From NCBI GenBank assembly GCA_036521515.1, contig DATDHP010000379.1, positions 1-39,049 of the forward strand: DNA of 39,049 nucleotides. The letters are read 5' to 3'. Source of the DNA: Vicinamibacterales bacterium (GTDB lineage: Bacteria > Acidobacteriota > Vicinamibacteria > Vicinamibacterales > UBA2999). How positions within the stretch are numbered: the first letter of the stretch is position 1; the number at the start of each line of letters is the position of its first letter. A program made the translations under genes and the position numbers. Positions 17,545 to 25,558 of the stretch are shown piece by piece. Below the pieces are notes generated by a model, which saw nothing but the letters and a program-made list of their open reading frames with translations, had not been told where the DNA came from and searched no databases.

Positions 17545-18480
17545 CTACGCCTTGCCGAACCGGCGCAGAAGCCACGTGCCGGCGAAAGCGGTCGCGGCCA
17601 CGCCCGACAGCATCCCCCAGTGGACGCCGCCAGACCGAATCGGGGGCGGGAGGACGATGACGCCCTGCTCATCCGTAACGGCCGGCTGGTTCACGTAACG
17701 CCCCCGCCGCGGGCGGACGCGATGATCGAACTCGCGCGCGATCTTCGCCAGGTCGGCCGGCAGGTGCTCCCCCCGGAGCGGACGCCCATGCCCGGAGGCA
17801 ACGAGGGTCGGCTTCAACAGCGCCAGCCGCTCGACGGACCGCCGGGCTTTGTCCCAGTCGATCGTGAAATAGGCCGGAGGCCCCCCAAGCTCCTGCCGCT
17901 GAGTCAACACGGAAAACACCGATTCGGGGCGAGTGGTGGTGATTGCGTCGCCGGCAATCAGCATGCGGTCCTCATCGCGCACCAGCGACACGTGACCCGG
18001 CGAATGTCCCGGTGTGTGCACCCAGCGCCAGCCCGGCATCCCCGGCACGTCTCCGCTTTCCGGCAGCGCATGCACGCGGTCGCCAAGGTCGATACCCTTC
18101 TCTGGAAACAGCGGGGACAGGCGCGCCATGAGCCCCTGCCCCACCGTCGGGTCGGGGGGCGGGTAGTCGGCGTGCCCGGTCAGGTACGGCAACTCGAGCG
18201 GATGCGCGTAAACCGGCACGTCCCAGACGCCGAGCAGCGGCTCGAGCGCCCCGACGTGATCGAAATGGCCGTGCGTGAGGACGATGCCCGCGGGGCGCGA
18301 CTCCGGGCCGTAACGCTCGGAGGCAACCTCGAGGATCTGCGCCGCACCGAGCGATAACCCCGCGTCCACGAGCGCCCACGGAGACCCTGGCGCTCCCACG
18401 AAGAACACGTTGGCGAAAGCGATGCGCAAGCGCGCCACGTCCGCCGTGACTGTCTCGATCTCATGACGTTCGAGATCCAT
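17545..18480 (-). CDS. MBL-fold metallo-hydrolase
   Basis: IVLTHGHFDHVGAL (HxHxDH), plus HTPGHSPGHVSL and ASGHG. ATG at 18480 (MDLERHEI); the track uses TTG at 18498. Confidence 0.85.
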   Translation of the reverse strand: MDLERHEIETVTADVARLRIAFANVFFVGAPGSPWALVDAGLSLGAAQILEVASERYGPESRPAGIVLTHGHFDHVGALEPLLGVWDVPVYAHPLELPYLTGHADYPPPDPTVGQGLMARLSPLFPEKGIDLGDRVHALPESGDVPGMPGWRWVHTPGHSPGHVSLVRDEDRMLIAGDAITTTRPESVFSVLTQRQELGGPPAYFTIDWDKARRSVERLALLKPTLVASGHGRPLRGEHLPADLAKIAREFDHRVRPRRGRYVNQPAVTDEQGVIVLPPPIRSGGVHWGMLSGVAATAFAGTWLLRRFGKA

Positions 18481-18562
18481 ACGCAAGGGGGACTGCAACG
18501 GAAACGCCAGATCGCGGGCCGGCCGGACTCAAGGCGACACAGTGCCACTTGCCGCTCCCGCT

Positions 18563-19408
18563 TTACGCGGAAGGAAACTGCTTTACCAGAATCGCCCGTG
18601 TGTAGACGAGCCCGAAGCCGAGCCGCTCGAACGTCCGCTGGGACGTGCTGCCTGGTTCCGTGGTCGCGATGGCGAGGTCGGCGTGACCCGCGGCCTCGGC
18701 GAGCGCTTGCCCCACGAGCGCGGTCTGCACCCCGCGGCGGCGAAACCGCGGCAAGGTGGCGGTCCCGAAGATGCCAAGCACGCTGTCCCGCACGAACGTG
18801 GCCCCTCCCCCTGCGGCGACCCGGTCGGCCCAGACCAGGTAGCGCGCGATCGCCGGATGGCAGAACTGCCGCATGACGCTACGGATGTGCGAGATGGCTT
18901 CGGGCGCTGCGGGCGCCGCCGCCCCGGCCGCGGCGAAGCCGTCCGCTACCACCTGCACCCACAAGCCGTCGGTCTCGGGTGTCGTTCGCTCGACTCGGAG
19001 GCCGGCCACCAGGGGGGACAGTGGCGCCACGTCGGCCGACAGCGCGCGGGCGAGCTCGTTCTCGAAGCCCTGAAGCACGAAACGACGTGCCGACAGGCGC
19101 GGGGCGACGTCGGATGCCGCAAGCGGACAGAGCTCGATGTGCGCCGGCGCCTTGTGCGCGGCATAGAACGCTTCGACCGCATCGAGGTCCGCCTCGCTCA
19201 CCGATGCCCCGACGCCGAGACCGAGCATCTTGTTCAGCGGCGAGCCCGCGACGCCGAACAGCGCGCGGCCGCCGCCCACGTCGAGCGACGCAAGACCCGA
19301 TCGCGCGCCGATCGCGCCCGCCTCGGCACAGAAGTCGATCTCCGCGCGCTCGATCCGCCGGGCCAGTGCGCAGGTGACGTGCAGAGGCGGGTGATATCGT
19401 ACGGACAT
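18563..19408 (-). CDS. GNAT family N-acetyltransferase
   Basis: The C-terminal half reads GIFGTATLPRFRRRGVQTALVGQALAEAAGHADLAIATTEPGSTSQRTFERLGFGLVY, which is the acetyl-CoA binding R/Q-x-x-G-x-G/A region. GAGGAG lies 10 nt upstream of the ATG. Confidence 0.75.
   Translation of the reverse strand: MSVRYHPPLHVTCALARRIERAEIDFCAEAGAIGARSGLASLDVGGGRALFGVAGSPLNKMLGLGVGASVSEADLDAVEAFYAAHKAPAHIELCPLAASDVAPRLSARRFVLQGFENELARALSADVAPLSPLVAGLRVERTTPETDGLWVQVVADGFAAAGAAAPAAPEAISHIRSVMRQFCHPAIARYLVWADRVAAGGGATFVRDSVLGIFGTATLPRFRRRGVQTALVGQALAEAAGHADLAIATTEPGSTSQRTFERLGFGLVYTRAILVKQFPSA
19392..19400 (+). promoter_or_regulatory. Extended -10-like TGaTATCGT exactly 6 nt upstream of the DUF1028 ATG
   Basis: The sequence reads gGTGATATCGTacggacATG. 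The same 11-mer GTGATATCGTA recurs at the same spacing upstream of vapB (37782-37792). It lies inside the first codons of the divergent GNAT gene. Confidence 0.4.
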
Positions 19409-20399
19409 GCTGAAGCAGCTCCTCGTCTGCCTGGCGGTCGTCGCGAGCGGTCATCCGTCATATGCCGATCCGCTCGTACACACGTTCTCCATTGTGGCGC
19501 GAGACCCCGCCACGGGGGATCTCGGCGTCGCCGTGCAGTCGCACTGGTTTTCCGTCGGTTCACTCGTGACGTGGGCCGAAGCCGGCGTCGGCGCTGTGGC
19601 GACACAGTCATTCGTCGATCCGTCCTATGGCACGCGCGGGTTGGACCTGATGCGGGCCGGTCGCGCTGCGCCGCAGGCGCTCGAGGAGCTCGTCGCCCTC
19701 GACATGATGCGCGACGGGCGGCAGGTCGCGATGATCGATGCGCACGGGCGCGTGTCGGCCTACACGGGCAAGTCGGCGATCGCGGCGGCCGGGCACCGCG
19801 TGGGCCGCGAGTACGCGGTGCAGGCGAACCTCATGGCCAACGACAAGGTCTGGCCGGCCATGGCTGCCGCCTTCGAGTCAACCCGCGGCGATCTCGCCGA
19901 CCGCATGCTCGCCGCGCTCGATGCCGGGCAGGCTGCCGGCGGAGACATTCGCGGGAAGCAGTCGGCGGCCCTGTTGATCGTTCGCGGGAAGGGCACCGGG
20001 CGTCCGTGGGCCGGCGCCGACCGCGCGTTCGATCTGCGCGTTGACGATCACGCCGACCCGATTCGAGAGCTGCGCCGCCTGGTGCGCCTGCAGCGCGCCT
20101 ACACCCACGCCAACCAGGGCGATGAGCTCATGACGCAACAGAAGATCGCCGACGCGTTGAAGGAATACGCGGCCGCTGGCCGCCTCGCGCCGGAGATCGT
20201 CGAGCTGCCGTTCTGGCAGGCCGTCACGCTCGCCTCCATTGGACGACTGGCCGAGGCCGAGCCCATCTTCAAAGCGGTGTTTGCAAAGGAACCCGTCTGG
20301 GCCGACCTCGTCGCGCGCCTGCCGGCAGCGGGTCTCCTGCCGGACGACGCCGCACTGATCAAGCGCATCCAGGCACTAGCACCCAGCCGGCGCCGATGA
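19407..20399 (+). CDS. DUF1028 family (Ntn-hydrolase fold) secreted protein
   Basis: A signal peptide is followed by TFSIVARDPATGDLGVAVQSHWFSVG, the DUF1028 signature with a putative N-terminal Thr nucleophile. Confidence 0.8.
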   Translation: MLKQLLVCLAVVASGHPSYADPLVHTFSIVARDPATGDLGVAVQSHWFSVGSLVTWAEAGVGAVATQSFVDPSYGTRGLDLMRAGRAAPQALEELVALDMMRDGRQVAMIDAHGRVSAYTGKSAIAAAGHRVGREYAVQANLMANDKVWPAMAAAFESTRGDLADRMLAALDAGQAAGGDIRGKQSAALLIVRGKGTGRPWAGADRAFDLRVDDHADPIRELRRLVRLQRAYTHANQGDELMTQQKIADALKEYAAAGRLAPEIVELPFWQAVTLASIGRLAEAEPIFKAVFAKEPVWADLVARLPAAGLLPDDAALIKRIQALAPSRRR

Positions 20400-21145
20400 A
20401 GATAGCCACGTGGAACGTCAACGGCATCCGTGCACGCCAGGCGGAGCTCCAGGAGCTCATCGACCGCGAGCAGCCCGACGTGCTGTGCGTCCAGGAGATC
20501 AAGGCCGCGATCGACCAGTTGCCGGTCTGGCTCTGCGACATCGATGGCTATTGGTGCTACTGGCACGGCGGCAAGGGGTACTCCGGCGTGGGACTCCACG
20601 TGCGCAAGGCCACGTCTCCGGAGCGCCCCGCGTTCCACCATCCCGAGTTCGACTTCGAGCACCGGATCGTCTCGGCGGGGCTGCCCGAGGCCACCGTCGC
20701 GTCCATCTATGTGCCGAACGGAGGCAAGGATTTCCCGGGGAAGATGCGATTCCTCGCATCGCTCGACGCCTACGCCGCCGAATTCCAGGCGGCGGGCAAG
20801 CCGCTCGTCCTGCTCGGCGATCTGAACGTGGCGCGCACGGACATGGACGTGCACCCGAAGGAACGCCGGCCGAACATCGTCGGGCAGCGTCCCGACGAGC
20901 GCGCGCTCATCGAGCAGATTCTCGGCCGCGGACTGGTCGACGTGCACCGCACGCTCGAACCCGGCAACGCGGACCTGTTCACGTGGTGGGCACCGTGGCG
21001 CAACATGAAGCAGCGCAACATCGGCTGGCGCCTCGACTACGTGTTCGCGTCCGAGACGCTCGCCGGTGGTGTGACGTCATGCGTCGTGCAGCGCGAATTC
21101 GGCACGAGCGACCACGGGCCGGTCATTGCGACGTTCGATGCCTAG
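20396..21145 (+). CDS. xth: Exodeoxyribonuclease III
   Basis: MKIATWNVNGIRA, DVLCVQEIK, LLGDLNVA, RLDYVF and TSDHGPV. Its start overlaps the DUF1028 stop (ATGA). Confidence 0.92.
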   Translation: MKIATWNVNGIRARQAELQELIDREQPDVLCVQEIKAAIDQLPVWLCDIDGYWCYWHGGKGYSGVGLHVRKATSPERPAFHHPEFDFEHRIVSAGLPEATVASIYVPNGGKDFPGKMRFLASLDAYAAEFQAAGKPLVLLGDLNVARTDMDVHPKERRPNIVGQRPDERALIEQILGRGLVDVHRTLEPGNADLFTWWAPWRNMKQRNIGWRLDYVFASETLAGGVTSCVVQREFGTSDHGPVIATFDA

Positions 21146-21161
21146 AAAGCGTCTTCACGAT

Positions 21162-21348
21162 CACGAACCACACAGAGGCACAGACACCTTTCCCTCCAGA
21201 GACGACTCCATTACCTTCCGGCTAAAGCCGGAAGCCACATGTGGCTGGAATCGCCTTCAGGCTGTGGCTTCCGCCTTCAGGCGGAAGTTGCACTCCTAGT
21301 GAGCTCCGGCTCGACTGTCTCTGTGTCTCTGTGCCTCTGTGGTTCGTG
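21162..21348. repeat. Nested composite palindrome: CACAGAGGCACAGA-type outer arms enclosing a REP-like unit pair
   Basis: Outer arms are cacgaaccacacagaggcacagacac (21162-21187) and gtgtctctgtgcctctgtggttcgtg (21323-21348). Inside are cttccggctaaagccggaag (21215-21234), ccacatgtgg (21235-21244) and tgtggcttccgccttcaggcggaag (21263-21287). Confidence 0.85.
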
Positions 21349-21359
21349 GAATGCGGCGA

Positions 21360-22469
21360 TCAGAGTTGCCTTTCGGCAGACGACCACGCCGCCGCCAGAT
21401 CTTCGCCGACCGCGAGGTGGTTGAGGGCGAAGTCGGCGCCGCGAAACGCTTCGAGGAGCAGCGCCTGATCGAGCGGACGGCGCGCGTTCCGGCACTGGCG
21501 CGCCGCTTCGACGCGTACGAGCGCCAGCGCAGCCTGGAGCCCGCGGACGACCGACAGCAGGCCGCGTCCCTGATACGCCGTCCAGCTCGCGAACGCCTTC
21601 GCCGCCAGGTAGCGGTTCAGGGCAGCATGCCAGTCCGACCAGTGCGGAGCGACGTCTCGCACATACACGTCGAGCAGCCCCCGCTCGTCAGGCGCGGGTT
21701 TGAGGTCGTCCGGTACCGCGCCCATCACCTCGGCGTGCAGCAGCAGGCTCGCCTCGAGGCTGACGTGCGCTCGCGCATCCACGAGGTCCGCTGGCAGCGC
21801 CCGAACCGGATCCGACAACGAGCGGCCATCGGGCGCGAACGTGCGCAGTATCCGCGCGTCACGCTCCAGAGTGGCCAACACCATCTCGGGCGCGGCGGCA
21901 CGGTTCGCGCACCGCGTCACCATGTGCCGCTCCCACGCGGCGTAGCCGTCGAGATCCATCAGCACGCGCGGGTGCAGCAGCGGCGGCCAGGCGTGCGCGT
22001 CGACCTCGAGCCCGTCGTAGTCACCGGGCGGAAACGCCGGCGGCGACGTGACGATCTCGAGGGGAACATCTTCGCGAAACAGCATCGAGGCGGCCGTCGG
22101 GCAGTAGTGGGTCAACGAGATGAACGTGCCGCGCGCGTCGCGCACGGCCAAACGCGGGAAATGTCGGCACGTCGCCGGCAGCATCGCCTCGCCAAGGTCG
22201 CGATGAACGACGCAGAACCGTGAGCCGCGGTCGAAGAAGACGCAGTGGCCTTCGGCAGTCCGCGCCAATACGGCAGCGGCGTCCCCCGGCAGATCGTCGC
22301 CGGTCATGAACGCCGGACCGCTCCGTCCGGGTGGCCCCATCACCCGGAGGCGATCGCCCTTGAGCGCCGCGTCGAGGTTGCGGAACACCTGGAGCTCAAC
22401 AGGCACGTCCCAGTCGGTCGCACAACACGCGCCGGAGTGGCGACAGCGGTAATCGGCGTGAATGCTCAA
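21360..22469 (-). CDS. Cys-cluster protein, YkgJ/FliB (flagellin lysine-N-methylase)-like
   Basis: N-terminal YRCRHSGACCATDWDVPVE, then GHCVFFDRGSRFCVVH and ATCRHFPR, resemble the FliB/YkgJ CxxxxCC zinc/iron-chelating pattern. The start is uncertain: I chose TTG at 22469, while the track ORF to 22667 reads through the CTCCCAA hairpin. Confidence 0.55.
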   Translation of the reverse strand: MSIHADYRCRHSGACCATDWDVPVELQVFRNLDAALKGDRLRVMGPPGRSGPAFMTGDDLPGDAAAVLARTAEGHCVFFDRGSRFCVVHRDLGEAMLPATCRHFPRLAVRDARGTFISLTHYCPTAASMLFREDVPLEIVTSPPAFPPGDYDGLEVDAHAWPPLLHPRVLMDLDGYAAWERHMVTRCANRAAAPEMVLATLERDARILRTFAPDGRSLSDPVRALPADLVDARAHVSLEASLLLHAEVMGAVPDDLKPAPDERGLLDVYVRDVAPHWSDWHAALNRYLAAKAFASWTAYQGRGLLSVVRGLQAALALVRVEAARQCRNARRPLDQALLLEAFRGADFALNHLAVGEDLAAAWSSAERQL

Positions 22470-22485
22470 CGAGTAGACGGGCTGG

Positions 22486-22564
22486 TCAACTCCCAACTCC
22501 CAAACTCCCACCAACTCCCAAGCTTCGCACAGCCCGACGTTGGGAGTTGGGCGTTGGGAGTTGA
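22486..22564. repeat. CTCCCAA/TTGGGAG low-complexity hairpin in a divergent spacer
   Basis: Arms tcaactcccaactcccaaactcccaccaactcccaa (22486-22521) and ttgggagttgggcgttgggagttga (22540-22564). It is followed by gcagcc..ccacacatatgtgg..ctgc, which overlaps the first in-frame ATG of the transpeptidase. Confidence 0.85.
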
Positions 22565-22585
22565 TTTTGCAGCCTCGCCACACAT

Positions 22586-23560
22586 ATGTGGCTGCCGTGG
22601 ATGATGAGCTGTCTCCTGGCAGTGACGCTTCCCGCCTTCGCCCAGGCGCTTCCACCCCACCGCGCAAGCGTGCGCGGTGGGGACCCCGGGCCGTTTCCGG
22701 GCGACGTGCTCACCGTGCAGGTGATGCTCGACCGTGCAGGTTTCTCTCCCGGGGAAATCGACGGGCGTGAAGGCAGCAACCTCCGGAGGGCGCTCGCCGC
22801 GTTTCAGAAGGCGCACGGCCTTCACGAAACGGGTCGTCTCGACGAAGAGACGCGGCTCCGATTGACCGAACGTTCAGCGAACCAGCCGTCGCTCGTCAGT
22901 TACGAGATCACCGAGGCTGACGTGGCCGGTCCGTTTGCGCCAGATATCCCGCTCGACCTCGTCCAGCAGTCGACGCTCCAGGCTCTTGGCTATCGATCCG
23001 CGCTCGAAGCGCTTGCGGAGAAACACCACGCGAGCCCGCTGCTGCTGCGCCGATTGAACCCGGGCGCAACCTTCGAACGACCCGGCGAGCGGCTGATGGT
23101 GCCCAACGTGGCAGTGGCCAATCCGCTCGCACCGGCGCCCGGTGAACGGCCCGTCGCTCTGATCGCGGTGACCAAGGCGACCAGCGCGCTCACCGTCGAG
23201 GACCAGGACGGCAACGTGATCTTCCACGCGCCCGTGACGACGGGCAGTACGCACGACCCGCTGCCGATCGGCGAGTGGAAGGTCACGGGCGTGCAGAAGA
23301 TGCCGGTGTTCCACTACAACCCGGATCTGTTCTGGGACGCCGATCCAAGGCACTCAAAGGCGCGCATCGCCCCGGGGCCGAACAACCCGGTCGGCGTGAT
23401 CTGGATCGACATCACCAGGGAACATTACGGGATTCACGGCACGCCCGAACCGTCGCGCATCGGTCATGCGCAGTCGCACGGCTGCGTGCGGCTCACGAAC
23501 TGGGACGTGCAGCGGGTGGCGCAGTGGGCACGCCCCGACGTGCGCGTGGTGTTCCGATGA
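22586..23560 (+). CDS. L,D-transpeptidase (YkuD) with N-terminal peptidoglycan-binding domain
   Basis: PG_binding_1-like VQVMLDRAGFSPGEIDGREGSNLRRALAAFQKAHGL. The catalytic region is HGTPEPSRIGHAQSHGCVRLTNWD. The start may instead be ATG at 22601 (MMSCLLAVTLPAFAQA). Confidence 0.88.
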   Translation: MWLPWMMSCLLAVTLPAFAQALPPHRASVRGGDPGPFPGDVLTVQVMLDRAGFSPGEIDGREGSNLRRALAAFQKAHGLHETGRLDEETRLRLTERSANQPSLVSYEITEADVAGPFAPDIPLDLVQQSTLQALGYRSALEALAEKHHASPLLLRRLNPGATFERPGERLMVPNVAVANPLAPAPGERPVALIAVTKATSALTVEDQDGNVIFHAPVTTGSTHDPLPIGEWKVTGVQKMPVFHYNPDLFWDADPRHSKARIAPGPNNPVGVIWIDITREHYGIHGTPEPSRIGHAQSHGCVRLTNWDVQRVAQWARPDVRVVFR

Positions 23561-24264
23561 GGCGCTTCGAGCGGCGGCGGGTCGAACGTCTCCGCCGCAC
23601 GGTCGCTCTGATCGGCTTGAGCTTTGCGCTCGGGGCGCTCACCAACTTCGGATTGACGTGGCGGCTGCAGGGATTCGCCCCGGTCGCGCCACCTGGATCG
23701 AGCGCCGTCTCCGATCCGGCGCCACTGCACGATCCGGCGGAGCCGCGAGCCGTCCAACGCCCGGGCGAGCGCGGAGAGCCGGCGCCGGTCGCGACGACGG
23801 GTTCGGCGGCCCATGCCGCCGCGGTCGACGAGCTGCGCGCTCGCGATCTCGAGATGCCGGTGGACGGCGTCGACGCAGACGACCTGCGCGACACGTTCTT
23901 CGATTCGCGCGGCGGCGGGCGCGCGCACGAAGCGCTGGACATCATGGCGCCGCGACACACGCGGGTGCGCGCCGTCGACGACGGCGTCATCCAGAAGCTG
24001 TTCACGAGCGACGCCGGCGGACTGACGATCTACCAGTTCGATTCGTCCAACACCTTCACTTACTACTATGCGCACCTCGATCGCTATGCCTCGAACCTGC
24101 GCGAGGGCCAGCAGGTCCGGCGCGGCGAGGTCATCGCGTACGTCGGCAGCAGCGGGAACGCATCGCCGAATGCTCCCCACCTGCACTTCGGGATCTTCCG
24201 CCTGACGCCGGAACGCCAATGGTGGAAGGGTGAACCGATAAACCCCTATCCCGTTCTCAAATAA
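23557..24264 (+). CDS. M23 family metallopeptidase with N-terminal membrane anchor
   Basis: ATG at 23557 overlaps the transpeptidase stop (ATGA). HEALDIMAP (HxxxD), GVIQKLF, YYYAHLDRY, GSSGNASPNAPHLHFGIF (HxH). Confidence 0.85.
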   Translation: MRRFERRRVERLRRTVALIGLSFALGALTNFGLTWRLQGFAPVAPPGSSAVSDPAPLHDPAEPRAVQRPGERGEPAPVATTGSAAHAAAVDELRARDLEMPVDGVDADDLRDTFFDSRGGGRAHEALDIMAPRHTRVRAVDDGVIQKLFTSDAGGLTIYQFDSSNTFTYYYAHLDRYASNLREGQQVRRGEVIAYVGSSGNASPNAPHLHFGIFRLTPERQWWKGEPINPYPVLK

Positions 24265-24368
24265 GTCAGTTACAGCCCGTACAGAAGTATTACAGAAGAG
24301 TCGCGCCCACCCTGGTATCTTGACGTCGCTTCAACCCGATACGACTTGCGGAGGACAGGACCGTCTCG

Positions 24369-25259
24369 ATGGCGACGACAATGCCCATGTACGGGCGCAA
24401 GTATCAGAAGGGTGTGAACTGGGTCACCGCCATCGCGATGACCGCGTTTCACATCGGTGCGGCGGCGGCGTTCTTCTACATCGACGTCGGCGCCATTCTC
24501 TCCGCGATCATCCTGTGGTGGGTAGCGGGTAGCCTCGGCATCGGCATGGCCTATCACCGGCTGCTGACGCACCGGTCCTACAAGTGCCCGAAATGGGTCG
24601 AGTACGTCCTCACGATGTGCGCCACGCTCGCGCTCGAGGGAGGGCCGATCTTCTGGGTGGCGACGCACCGCGTGCATCACCAGAGGTCCGACCGCGAGGG
24701 CGATCCGCACACGCCGCGCGAGGGCACGTGGTGGTCGCACATGGGGTGGATCCTGACCGGCGCCGGGCTACACCACGATGCGTCCGTGCTGGCGCGCTAC
24801 GCGCCTGACTTGAGCCGCGACCGCTTCCACGTGTGGGTGTCTACCTGGCATTGGGTGTCGAACGTCATCGTCGGCCTCGGGCTGCTCGCGTTCGGCGGCA
24901 TTTCTTACGTGCTCTGGGGCATCTTCTTCCGCACGACAGTCGGCCTCCACGCCACGTGGCTGGTCAACTCGGCGACGCACCTGTGGGGCTCGCGCCGCTT
25001 CAAGACGCGCGACGATTCCACCAACAACTGGTGGGTGGCGGCGTTGACATTCGGCGAGGGGTGGCACAACAACCACCACGCGCATCCGACCTCCGCGCGC
25101 CACGGGCTCGCGTGGTACGAGGTCGACATCAACTGGATGGGCATCAGCCTGCTGCGCGCGCTCGGGCTCGCGTGGGACATCAAGCTCGCCAGGATTGCCC
25201 AGTCGATCCCCTACGAAGAGAACGACCGCATCGTCGTCGGCGATCAGGCGGTCGCCTAG
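24369..25259 (+). CDS. Acyl-CoA/acyl-lipid delta-9 fatty acid desaturase
   Basis: Three His boxes (HRLLTHRSY, HRVHHQRSD, WHNNHHAHP) and four TM segments. Confidence 0.9.
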   Translation: MATTMPMYGRKYQKGVNWVTAIAMTAFHIGAAAAFFYIDVGAILSAIILWWVAGSLGIGMAYHRLLTHRSYKCPKWVEYVLTMCATLALEGGPIFWVATHRVHHQRSDREGDPHTPREGTWWSHMGWILTGAGLHHDASVLARYAPDLSRDRFHVWVSTWHWVSNVIVGLGLLAFGGISYVLWGIFFRTTVGLHATWLVNSATHLWGSRRFKTRDDSTNNWWVAALTFGEGWHNNHHAHPTSARHGLAWYEVDINWMGISLLRALGLAWDIKLARIAQSIPYEENDRIVVGDQAVA

Positions 25260-25280
25260 CGACTCCGGGCGACCGCAGTC

Positions 25281-25545
25281 GTTCACACTTCCGGGTTCTC
25301 GGTTCGTGTTCAGGTTCGGTTCACGGTTCCGGGCTCGTGGTGCGTGGTTCGTCCCCGGCTACGCCGGGGAGGCGCCCCGATGAAGAACCGGGAACGCCGA
25401 ACCTCGAACCTCGAACCCCGAACCCCGAACCCCGAACCCCGAACCTCGAACCTCGAACCTCGAACCTGGAACCTCGAACCCCGAAGATCGAACCGCGAAC
25501 TGAACCTGAACACGAACAGAGAAGCGAGAACCGAGAAGCGTGAAC
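25281..25545. repeat. GTTCGG/CCGAAC long palindromic element, copy 1 (right arm expanded)
   Basis: Left terminus gttcacacttccgggttctcggttcgtgttcaggttc. Centre ccccggc-tac-gccgggg (25353-25369). The right arm is a run of cgaacc(t/c) units ending gaacctgaacacgaacagagaagcgagaaccgagaagcgtgaac. Confidence 0.9.
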
Positions 25546-25551
25546 TAGAAT
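25546..25551 (+). promoter_or_regulatory. -10-like TAGAAT 7 nt upstream of the histidine kinase ATG, abutting the palindrome terminus
   Basis: The sequence reads gcgtgaacTAGAATtgcgctgATG, with no SD. Confidence 0.35.
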
Positions 25552-25558
25552 TGCGCTG

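Noticed and set aside
17387-17575. 63-codon N-terminal extension of the M14 ORF (includes LWLPASAGRS)
   Set aside because: The extension is a translation of the REP-like hairpin pair. A good signal peptide begins at the internal ATG at 17386, which has a TATCAT hexamer upstream.
25396-25500. Possible CRISPR array (regularly repeated short units); likewise 28790-28890
   Set aside because: The units are 6-8 nt, contiguous and without spacers. They form one arm of a long inverted repeat, and there are no cas genes in the window.
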